A model generated the notes under the pieces. It did no database searches and was not told where the DNA came from. It was given only the letters and a program-made list of their open reading frames with translations. A program made the position numbers and the translations under genes. A stretch of DNA of 5,976 nt from a virus (Duplodnaviria > Heunggongvirae > Uroviricota > Caudoviricetes): IMG/VR virus record IMGVR_UViG_2703718823_000007, positions 1 to 5,976 of that record; one strand, given 5' to 3'. Numbering within the stretch: position 1 is the first letter of the stretch; every line of letters begins with the position of its first letter. Of this stretch, positions 1 through 5,976 are shown piece after piece.

Positions 1-2320
1 GCATTTCCGCCATCTCGTCCTTCAGCTTGCTGTTGTCAATCTCTGCCCACAACGCCTCTGCCAGATGTGTTTTTCCTATCTTTTCCCGGAAAAACTCCAG
101 ATAGCCCGCAGCATCATCACTGGCCCGTCCACTGGCTTCAACAAACGCGGATTTACCCACCAGATTGACGCTGCGCACGTAAAACCAGAAAACTTTCCCG
201 GGTTTAATCTGGCTGCCGGAGACGCTCCACTGGCTGCCTGTCCCCAGATAACGGGCAGAGGTTTCCACCTGTGCGGCGTCTGCAATTTTTGCCTCCGAAA
301 ACCAGAACTCAAACTGCACCGTCGGGTCATACACCGCAAGACGCGGTACCGCCGTTATCTGAAAATACCCCGGCGTCAGTTCAACACCGGCAGGCGCTGC
401 CGGTGCGTTAATCCGGAACGTGGTGGTGGCGGGTTCGCCCTGCTGGCCATAGCTGTTAATCGCCCTGACCGTCAGGGTGTATTCCCCGAGAGGCAGGCCA
501 CTGAAACGGTGCTCCGTATCGGCAGTGATGGCGGTGGTCAGCAGGCGGCTGTTCTCACCGCTTCCACTGGTCAGGCGCAGACTGAAGCGCACGCCCTTCA
601 CCACCCTCGGCGTGTCCCATTTCGCCAGCGCCAGATACTGGCTGTCAGCTGCGCTAACCTCCACCGTGAGGTGCTGTACTGCCGGTGGGATAACGCTGTT
701 CAGGGTGCCTGACTGCGGCTCAAAGCGGGCTCCGTTATCCACAATGGCTTCTTTTTCCGGTACGTGCTGCACCGCCGTGATGGCAAAGGTGCCGTCCGTG
801 TTTTCCCGGATGGAGACACAGCGGAACAGGCGACGGCGCAGTGACGGCAGGGAGAGTCCCCACACCCCGTATGTCTCCACGCCATCCGGCAAGGGGCTGA
901 CCTGTATCCGGTCCGGCGCGGGGTGTGCGGTGATGTCCACACTCACCGGCTTACCGCTGCCGTTAATCAGGTTCACCGTCAATGTACCTGTCCCCGGAAG
1001 TGTCACTTCACGGTCCAGCGTCAGGGTGCGGGTGGCAGCATCAATGGACAGGACACGTCCGCCGGTCAGGGTCCCGGCATAGTCATTATCACAGATTTCA
1101 ATAATGTCACCGGGTGTGTGCCGCAGCCCCTGTGACCCGAGTGTGAAATCCACCGTCTGCGTTTCCAGCAGTTCTGTCTTTATCACCCACAGCCCGGCAC
1201 GGAAGGTGTACGGCCACACCACATCCGACGGGCGGTCCTGAACGAACGTCAGCGTCTGGCCGTTCCATACCGGCATACAGCGCATCGCCGAGCAGAAATC
1301 ACTGAGAACGTCCCACACCTTACGCTGTTGTGCCAGGTACGCATTAAAGGTCATCCGCGGCTCTGTGCCCCCGAAACCATCCGGGACCGTCTGGTCGCAG
1401 TACTGCCCGATGGCATACAGCGCCCACTTGTCCACATCCGCCGCCCCCAGACGTTTTCCCATGCCGTAGCGCGGGTGAGTCAGCATGTCCCACAGACACC
1501 AGGCCGGGTTGTTGCTGTATGCCGGTTTCAGACTGCCGTCCCAGATACCACTGTACGTGCGTTTTTCCGGGTCATAGTTTGACGGCACCTGGATGATGCG
1601 ACCGCGGATATGGTAGTTCACCGTCATCTGCTGGCCGCCGAACTGCTCCGCATCCACCTGCAGCCCCACAATGGCCGTGTTCGGGTAGCACTGTTTTACA
1701 TCGATGATTTCGGTGTATGACGACCAGAGCGTCTTATTCTGCAGCTGGTCCGTGGTGCTGTCCGCCGTCTCCCTGACCATCCGGATGTTAAAGGGGCGGG
1801 GAGGCAGATTATCCAGAATCACCGAGGCCAGGAACTGTGAGGTGGTCTTGCCGTTAATGGTGACATCCTTTTCTGTCACCCAGTTACCGTTACGCTGTAA
1901 CTGAATCAGCAGACGGACAGAGGACGGATTACGGTCACCCTTTGACGTGGTCTCCACCAGTGACTGCACCCCGAAGGTCACCCGCAGGCGGTCAATGTTC
2001 GCTGACGTAATGGTGCGTGTCACCGGTTTTGCCTTCGTCACTTCCACACCCAGTACAGTTTCAGCTCCGGAGGACTCAAAGCCTTCCGGTGGTGTCTGCT
2101 CCTGCTCCCCGGCGCGCCAGACCGCGGTCACACCGTGTATCACGGGATTACCGTCCGTGTCCGTCAGCGGGGTTTTGTTCACCAGAATACTCTGCAGGCC
2201 TTTCACCGGACCTTCAATGGGTCCCTCACCAATCGCATCAATCACGCTCATCATCTGCGTGGATTTGAGATTATCCTTCGCCTCACGAGGCGTGTGTGCC
2301 TTACCGCCACCTTTTCCCAT
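1..2320 (-). CDS. J: Tail tip / host specificity protein J (central tail fibre), N-terminal 773 codons; partial, the 3' end including the receptor-binding C-terminus lies beyond the left edge of the window
   Basis: Hand translation of the minus strand from ATG at 2320..2318 gives [38 protein letters not shown]... and stays open with no stop down to position 1 (last residues ...[19 protein letters not shown]). Long blocks match my recollection of lambda gpJ (e.g. [118 protein letters not shown]). GGGGAAGG Shine-Dalgarno-like sequence 5 nt upstream of the ATG. Absent from the ORF track only because it has no stop codon in the window. Confidence 0.9.
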   Translation of the reverse strand, partial: MGKGGGKAHTPREAKDNLKSTQMMSVIDAIGEGPIEGPVKGLQSILVNKTPLTDTDGNPVIHGVTAVWRAGEQEQTPPEGFESSGAETVLGVEVTKAKPVTRTITSANIDRLRVTFGVQSLVETTSKGDRNPSSVRLLIQLQRNGNWVTEKDVTINGKTTSQFLASVILDNLPPRPFNIRMVRETADSTTDQLQNKTLWSSYTEIIDVKQCYPNTAIVGLQVDAEQFGGQQMTVNYHIRGRIIQVPSNYDPEKRTYSGIWDGSLKPAYSNNPAWCLWDMLTHPRYGMGKRLGAADVDKWALYAIGQYCDQTVPDGFGGTEPRMTFNAYLAQQRKVWDVLSDFCSAMRCMPVWNGQTLTFVQDRPSDVVWPYTFRAGLWVIKTELLETQTVDFTLGSQGLRHTPGDIIEICDNDYAGTLTGGRVLSIDAATRTLTLDREVTLPGTGTLTVNLINGSGKPVSVDITAHPAPDRIQVSPLPDGVETYGVWGLSLPSLRRRLFRCVSIRENTDGTFAITAVQHVPEKEAIVDNGARFEPQSGTLNSVIPPAVQHLTVEVSAADSQYLALAKWDTPRVVKGVRFSLRLTSGSGENSRLLTTAITADTEHRFSGLPLGEYTLTVRAINSYGQQGEPATTTFRINAPAAPAGVELTPGYFQITAVPRLAVYDPTVQFEFWFSEAKIADAAQVETSARYLGTGSQWSVSGSQIKPGKVFWFYVRSVNLVGKSAFVEASGRASDDAAGYLEFFREKIGKTHLAEALWAEIDNSKLKDEMAEM

Positions 2321-2423
2321 ACAGCCTTCCCCTGAATAAATTAACCGCCACTTGCCATTCCGTACAGAAGTCGGATATCCTTCGCCCGAAAAGCATGAAA
2401 CACATTTCTGCCATGCTAAACAG

Positions 2424-2459
2424 AAACCCCGGTATCAGCAGATACCGGGGTTTTCTTTC
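2424..2459. terminator. Putative bidirectional intrinsic terminator: perfect 13-bp inverted repeat with 4-nt loop, flanked by A-tract and T-tract
   Basis: AAACCCCGGTATC (2424..2436), loop AGCA, GATACCGGGGTTT (2441..2453), followed by TTTTCTTTC on the plus strand. On the minus strand the same stem is followed by TTTCTGTTT. Confidence 0.5.
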
Positions 2460-2525
2460 ATGCCCACCGATAATCCTGTTGGTTAAAACCGGTAATGGCA
2501 TAAAAATTCTGAATATCTTCACATT

Positions 2526-2553
2526 TTCACACACTGACTGTGGCGCTTATAAT
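2526..2553 (+). promoter_or_regulatory. Putative sigma70-type promoter on the plus strand
   Basis: -35 TTCACA (2526..2531; 5/6 match to TTGACA), 16-nt spacer, -10 TATAAT (2548..2553; 6/6). Predicted start near 2560. Orientation is opposite to the phage late genes. Confidence 0.35.
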
Positions 2554-2559
2554 TTCGCT

Positions 2560-2657
2560 GCGTTAGTGTTTTTTTGCCCGAGTAACAAAAACAACTCCTT
2601 AACATTAATCTTCATTTGTCTGTCCCCGCAGCTCCGCGATCACTGCGGGATTTTTTT
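2560..2657 (+). ncRNA. Candidate small RNA of roughly 100 nt, hypothetical, bounded by the promoter-like element and the downstream hairpin plus T7
   Basis: Inferred only from promoter-like and terminator-like signals in the correct order and orientation on the plus strand. No plus-strand ORF with a ribosome-binding site lies between them. The body contains a CUCCUU anti-Shine-Dalgarno-like motif (2595..2600). Confidence 0.2.
2624..2657 (+). terminator. Putative plus-strand intrinsic terminator
   Basis: GC-rich stem CCCGCAG (2625..2631) / CTGCGGG (2643..2649) with an 11-nt loop, immediately followed by TTTTTTT (2651..2657). On the minus strand the hairpin is preceded, not followed, by the homopolymer, so it is plus-strand specific. 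It lies 6 nt from the I stop codon. Confidence 0.4.
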
Positions 2658-2662
2658 ATGTT

Positions 2663-3343
2663 TTATCCCTGTCGACCAATAACCACCACCTTTCCGTCTC
2701 CGCCTTCATCACGGGTGCTGATGTCCTGAGAGATACGTCGTGAACCAACCAGCATTTCACCGTAGGGCACCGGCATCGGGTTGCCCTGGGCAATCATGTT
2801 GTCCAGTGAGGAAAAATACGTGTTCTGTCTGCCGTTATCCGTTGCGCGGTAATCCGGTGTTTTTGCCTTCGGGGCCAGCATCTGGGCCACACCGCCCAGT
2901 ATCATGCTGGCACCCAGTGAAAACAGCATCGTGGTGGCAGAAAAACCACCGGCTGCCAGGGCTGAACCCCATAACGCCATTGATGCCCCGGCAGTGAAGA
3001 AAGAGCCCACGATGGCTGCCGCCCCCAGCACAATCTGCAGTCCACCCTTTCCGGCCCCGGCCAGTCGCGGCACAATATGGATGACCGTTCCCTCACCCAG
3101 CTGTTCGTGAAGACGGGCGTACACCGCCTCCGGTGCCGTGTCATAACCGGCAATACGTATCTGGTACCAGCCTTCGTTCATCTGAAGGCGAAAGCCCGGC
3201 ATCTGCATCGACAGGGCGCGAATGGCTTCCGCTGCCGTGTTCACATACAGGCTGAGGCGGCGGCCAAATCGTTGTAAATCCCCGTGAAGGCAGATGCGGA
3301 CCAGTGGCGGTGACGCCAGACAGAATGCGTTCGTCGTTGCCAT
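2663..3343 (-). CDS. I: Tail assembly protein I (ubiquitin-like beta-grasp N-terminal domain, Gly/Ala-rich hydrophobic C-terminal half), 226 aa
   Basis: ATG at 3343..3341, stop TAA at 2665..2663. The translation MATTNAFCLASPPLVRICLHGDLQRFGRRL...SLDNMIAQGN...VVVIGRQG matches recalled lambda gpI along its length. The 5' end overlaps the 3' end of K by 103 nt in another frame, as in lambda. Confidence 0.9.
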   Translation of the reverse strand: MATTNAFCLASPPLVRICLHGDLQRFGRRLSLYVNTAAEAIRALSMQMPGFRLQMNEGWYQIRIAGYDTAPEAVYARLHEQLGEGTVIHIVPRLAGAGKGGLQIVLGAAAIVGSFFTAGASMALWGSALAAGGFSATTMLFSLGASMILGGVAQMLAPKAKTPDYRATDNGRQNTYFSSLDNMIAQGNPMPVPYGEMLVGSRRISQDISTRDEGGDGKVVVIGRQG

Positions 3344-3984
3344 TTTTCGGAATAACTCTCCCGTTTACTCAGTTGTTCAGGAATATGGTGAAGCAGTTCA
3401 CCGTTGCCGCAGTAAATGGCGGCATGATTAGCCACCGATGCGCCGAAGCAGCACAGCAGGATATCGCCCGGCAGTGCAGAGGACAGGGGCACCCGGTAAA
3501 AGCCCGTTGCCTCCATATTGTCCAGGTAAAGGTTCTGACCGTTGCACCACCAGTCATCCTCACGGTGAAAATCCGGCATATCAATGCCTGCCAGATGGTA
3601 TGCATCCCGGAACAGCGTGTAACAGTCCGTCACCCCGTGCGCAAAGCGCCGTCCTGTCAGATGTGGCACACAGCGGAATTTGTGAATGTCACCCCGGCAG
3701 ACCAGCCACCAGGGCAGTGCGCTTTTTATCTGCAGCCGCCGGTCAGCCTCGCTCAGCCAGGGCAGCCCACCGGGATGACTGTGGACCAGTGCCACAATCT
3801 CCCCCGACATCTCTGCCCGCAGCCAGTCTTCCGGTGCGATACGAAAATACGCCTCAGGCTCTGCAGAGATATTCACGCACGGCTGGTACTGGTTGCCCTC
3901 CGGCGTGCTTATCACGAAGCCGCACGACTCCGCAGGCGCACACCGCCGGGCATGCGCCAGAATCGCTGATTCAGTCTGTGTCAT
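3241..3984 (-). CDS. K: Tail assembly protein K (JAB/MPN metallopeptidase-like domain plus NlpC/P60-like domain), 247 aa with the start chosen at 3984
   Basis: Translation MTQTESAILAHARRC...HSHPGGLPWLSEAD...GVTDCYTLFRDAYH...LLHHIPEQLSKRESY... matches recalled lambda gpK. The ORF-track entry 3241..4245 extends upstream into L from a non-ATG start; I place the start at ATG 3984..3982, 10 nt after the L stop. It has no obvious Shine-Dalgarno sequence, so the exact start is uncertain (an internal ATG at 3810..3808 is the alternative). Confidence 0.85.
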   Translation of the reverse strand: MTQTESAILAHARRCAPAESCGFVISTPEGNQYQPCVNISAEPEAYFRIAPEDWLRAEMSGEIVALVHSHPGGLPWLSEADRRLQIKSALPWWLVCRGDIHKFRCVPHLTGRRFAHGVTDCYTLFRDAYHLAGIDMPDFHREDDWWCNGQNLYLDNMEATGFYRVPLSSALPGDILLCCFGASVANHAAIYCGNGELLHHIPEQLSKRESYSEKWQRRTHSVWRHRHWSASAFTGIYNDLAAASACM

Positions 3985-3994
3985 AAACCGGGAT

Positions 3995-4693
3995 TTACTG
4001 CGAAAGTTTATTAATGGAAAGGAAACCGCCAAAATTGCCGACATTCCTGCGCAGTTCACACCCGCGCATGCACTTGCTGCATCTGTCCTTACGGATATCC
4101 GTGGTGGGTTTATCGAACTCATCCGCCACAGCCCCGCCCGTGTAACCACACTCATCAGAGCGGTAGGTCCACATACAGGTGTTCGCCAGCATGATGCGAC
4201 CGGGAAACAGCGCCCCGTCCGTCTCGGTCGGTGTGGCCAGCACAAACGAGGCCGTCATGGCCGTCAGCTCTGACATCTGCTCCACCACCCAGCGGTCACT
4301 CAGCTCCTGCTCCGGGTCCGCTTCCGGATTGCCCGCAACGAAATTCACCGCATCCAGAAAACGGGCATACACCCGGCGGCGGACCACCGTGGCCCCCACC
4401 AGACTCTGCAGGTCTTCCGCCATCCCGGTGACAAGGCCAAACAGATTGGACACCGTCAGCAACGGTCTGGCACTGCTGCCCTTTCCGTTCATCTCAAAGC
4501 CGCTGCCCTCAATCGGGTATGCCTCATACTTACGCCCCTGCCAGGTGACCGGCTCCCCTTTTTCATTCAGCTCATTACAGAAAAAATACCGCTCACCGCC
4601 CTGTACCGTCAGGTCGATTTCCCAGAGTACCACCCGCGGTGACTGCTCTGATTTAACCGACTCGTTCAGACTTTCTTCGTGAATATCCTGCAT
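3995..4693 (-). CDS. L: Minor tail protein L (tail tip complex), 232 aa
   Basis: ATG at 4693..4691 with AGGTGG Shine-Dalgarno-like sequence upstream, stop TAA at 3997..3995. Translation MQDIHEESLNESVKSEQSPRVVLWEIDLTVQGGERYFFCNE... with a Cys-rich C-terminus, consistent with lambda gpL. Confidence 0.92.
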   Translation of the reverse strand: MQDIHEESLNESVKSEQSPRVVLWEIDLTVQGGERYFFCNELNEKGEPVTWQGRKYEAYPIEGSGFEMNGKGSSARPLLTVSNLFGLVTGMAEDLQSLVGATVVRRRVYARFLDAVNFVAGNPEADPEQELSDRWVVEQMSELTAMTASFVLATPTETDGALFPGRIMLANTCMWTYRSDECGYTGGAVADEFDKPTTDIRKDRCSKCMRGCELRRNVGNFGGFLSINKLSQ

Positions 4694-5022
4694 CAGTTCA
4701 CCACCTGCTTAAACTCCGCGCTGAACTCAACGCGCAACATCCCGACCCGCGCAGACCACCCGGCACAGGTCACCTTTATCTGCCGGTATGCATAGGGTGG
4801 CTTCCACAAAAATGCCTTCCAGCCACCGTGCTCTGCCAGGAACGCTTCCAGATGCCGGGCCTCCTCCCGGGTCACGGAAAGCATCACCCGGTATGTTTTC
4901 AGGTCAGCATTCAGCCCTGCCGCCATACGCTGTGAGTACCCGTCACCAAAACGCACTTCACGCACCGATGGCTGCGAGTTCACCTCCATATCCGGTTTCA
5001 CTTTCCAGCGAAAGGTTTTCAT
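4693..5022 (-). CDS. M: Minor tail protein M, 109 aa
   Basis: ATG at 5022..5020 with GGGAG 7-8 nt upstream. Translation MKTFRWKVKPDMEVNSQPSVREVRFGDGYSQR...FLWKPPYAYRQIKVTCAGWSARVGMLRVEFSAEFKQVVN is near-identical in pattern to recalled lambda gpM. Its stop TGA overlaps the L start (TGATG). Confidence 0.92.
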   Translation of the reverse strand: MKTFRWKVKPDMEVNSQPSVREVRFGDGYSQRMAAGLNADLKTYRVMLSVTREEARHLEAFLAEHGGWKAFLWKPPYAYRQIKVTCAGWSARVGMLRVEFSAEFKQVVN

Positions 5023-5976
5023 CGCCCGCTCCCCGATAACAGACCGCCATCACGCAACTGCAGCCGGAGCTCATCCTGCGCACCTTTACGGGCCATCTCA
5101 TACACCGCTTTCATCAGCTGCGGCCCGGCCTGTCCGTTGATGCCGTCGTTCTGAATCACCACGTGATTGTTCTGATTAAAATTAATACCTTCCGCCCGCC
5201 GCATCTGCGCCGGACTTCCGGCAGCACCCACATACCCCCCTTCCGCATAGCCCCGCATCAGGCGGTACAGGTTCCCGACACCAATCCGGCTGGTTGCCTC
5301 CTTCGTGAAGACAAACTCCCCGCGGTGGACAATCCCCGCTGGCTCATATTTGCCACCGGTTCCCGTAAATCCCCCGGTCGCGAAATGGAAGTTCGCCGCC
5401 GCAGCCTGAATGGCCGTCCCCGTGGAAGCGGATGCGCCACCACCGAAAGCACCACCAATGGCGCTGCCGATACGCCCGACAATCCCCACCATCGCCTGCT
5501 TCAGAAAAATCTCTGTCAGCATGGAGAGCACGGAACGGGTGAAACCACGCCAGTTCTGTTCGCTGCCGGTCAGCATCGCTGCCAGATTCTGTGCAATACC
5601 GTCAAAGGTCTGCGTGGCCGCGCTTTTAACCTGCGAAAAACTGTCCGTCGCACTTTCCGCCCACTCGCCCCAGCCGGACTTCAGACCCGCCATCCAGCTT
5701 CCACGAAGCTGCTCCTCCGCAGACCAGGTGTTCTTCAGTGCAGATGTGGCCTTCGCCAGCGCATCCGGATTATCACCGTACACGTCACGAAGGCGCTGCT
5801 CTTCCGACTCCCGCTGCGCCTGACGGTCGGTGAGGCCGCGGGCTTTTGCGCTGATGGCGGCCTGCTTCGCGCTCTGCTGCTGTTCAAACCGCGCCGCCTG
5901 CTGTGCCAGCTCATTCAGCCGTTTCTGGTGTTCAACCTTGTCGCCCAGGTCAGCCAGCTGGCGTTTGTACTCCAGC
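5019..5976 (-). CDS. H: Tail tape measure protein H, C-terminal ~318 codons; partial, the 5' end lies beyond the right edge of the window
   Basis: The minus-strand frame is open from the window edge (LEYKRQLADLGDKVEHQKRLNELAQQ...) to stop TGA at 5021..5019. The C-terminus ...YEPAGIVHRGEFVFTKEATSRIGVGNLYRLMRGYAEGGYVG...NNHVVIQNDG...MARKGAQDE...RDGGLLSGSGR matches the recalled lambda gpH C-terminus. The track start at 5783 is an internal GTG, not the true start. Confidence 0.9.
   Translation of the reverse strand, partial: LEYKRQLADLGDKVEHQKRLNELAQQAARFEQQQSAKQAAISAKARGLTDRQAQRESEEQRLRDVYGDNPDALAKATSALKNTWSAEEQLRGSWMAGLKSGWGEWAESATDSFSQVKSAATQTFDGIAQNLAAMLTGSEQNWRGFTRSVLSMLTEIFLKQAMVGIVGRIGSAIGGAFGGGASASTGTAIQAAAANFHFATGGFTGTGGKYEPAGIVHRGEFVFTKEATSRIGVGNLYRLMRGYAEGGYVGAAGSPAQMRRAEGINFNQNNHVVIQNDGINGQAGPQLMKAVYEMARKGAQDELRLQLRDGGLLSGSGR

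Larger units (their letters stand above)
2321..2662. other. AT-richer non-coding intergenic segment between I and J, moron-like insert carrying its own promoter-like and terminator-like signals
   Basis: Hand count over 2341..2640 gives about 44% G+C, whereas sampled flanking coding lines are about 53-68%. No convincing ORF. Contains two hairpin plus T-tract structures and a TTCACA-N16-TATAAT element. From memory the lambda I-J spacer is only tens of bp. Confidence 0.55.

Noticed and set aside
76-942. Minus-strand ORFs 76..339 and 700..942
   Set aside because: They lie on the same strand as J but out of frame with it and entirely within the J coding region.
65-2339. Multiple plus-strand ORFs (65..712, 477..1082, 923..1135, 1328..1582, 1704..1904, 1947..2339, 2017..2268, 2135..2335)
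   Set aside because: All are antisense to the continuous, well-supported J reading frame. They overlap one another in different frames and encode Arg/Pro/Cys-rich products typical of shadow ORFs in GC-rich coding DNA.
2301-2534. 77-aa minus-strand ORF in the intergenic segment (GTG start), overlapping the J start out of frame
   Set aside because: Non-ATG start without a Shine-Dalgarno sequence, passes through the 13-bp hairpin, overlaps the 5' end of J, and the peptide has no recognisable features. Most likely chance.
2296-2682. 128-aa plus-strand ORF spanning the whole I-J intergenic segment
   Set aside because: It starts inside the J coding region in antisense and ends inside the 3' end of I. 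It reads straight through both hairpin plus T-tract structures and the promoter-like element. The product is low-complexity with no recognisable motifs and there is no ribosome-binding site.
2740-3277. ORFs inside the I gene (2740..2997 +, 2904..3110 +, 3077..3277 +, 2902..3153 -)
   Set aside because: Antisense or out of frame relative to I, whose translation is supported along its full length.
3304-3986. 221-aa and 182-aa plus-strand ORFs (3304..3969, 3438..3986) and the 78-aa minus-strand ORF 3369..3605
   Set aside because: Antisense or out-of-frame shadows of K (and the I start). The translations are Arg/Pro-rich with no motifs, whereas the minus-strand K frame carries clear JAMM and NlpC/P60 signatures.
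3985-4245. Upstream extension of the K ORF to 4245 (the 334-aa track entry)
   Set aside because: The extra 87 codons overlap the 3' end of L in another frame, begin at a non-ATG codon and have no counterpart in recalled K proteins. The ATG at 3984 just after the L stop is the sensible start.
3893-4682. Plus-strand ORFs 3893..4273, 4179..4682 and 4231..4431
   Set aside because: Antisense to L and to the 5' end of K; Pro/Ser/Arg-rich shadow ORFs.
5781-5783. GTG at 5783 as the start of the tape measure gene
   Set aside because: The frame is open upstream to the window edge and the upstream translation continues as coiled-coil-like tape measure sequence. The real start lies beyond the right edge of the window.
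4788-5823. Plus-strand ORFs 4788..5039 and 5410..5823, and minus-strand ORF 5258..5482
   Set aside because: Antisense to M and H, or out of frame within H; no supporting signals.
1-5976. tRNA, rRNA, CRISPR array, IS or transposon ends, integrase or attachment site
   Set aside because: No cloverleaf-like structures, repeat-spacer arrays, terminal inverted repeats flanking a transposase, or recombinase ORFs were seen. The window is an internal structural module of the phage. I also looked for direct repeats flanking the 2321..2662 insert and found nothing convincing.

Overview
This window is the distal tail / tail-tip assembly module of a lambda-like (lambdoid) siphovirus, most likely a prophage in an enterobacterial genome. 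All real genes are on the minus strand, in lambda order H-M-L-K-I-J: the 3' end of tape measure gene H (5019..5976, enters from the right edge), M (4693..5022), L (3995..4693), K (3241..3984), I (2663..3343) and the first 773 codons of J (1..2320, continues past the left edge). I identified them by translating the minus strand by hand and comparing with lambda tail proteins from memory; no database search was possible. The supplied ORF track misses J entirely because it has no stop codon in the window, and the plus-strand ORFs it lists over 1..2340 are antisense shadows of J. The most unusual feature is a ~340 bp AT-richer non-coding segment (2321..2662) between I and J, where I recall lambda having only a short spacer. 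It carries a perfect 13-bp inverted-repeat hairpin with a T-tract, a near-consensus sigma70-like promoter on the plus strand (opposite to the phage late operon), and a second hairpin followed by T7. Together these resemble a small moron-like insertion that could encode a ~100 nt small RNA. Secondary observations are an apparent in-frame shortening of about 70 residues in J relative to lambda J, the JAMM/NlpC-P60 (K) plus ubiquitin-like GG (I) pair, the Cys-rich C-terminus of L, and the tightly coupled gene junctions. No tRNA, rRNA, CRISPR array, IS element or integrase is visible.
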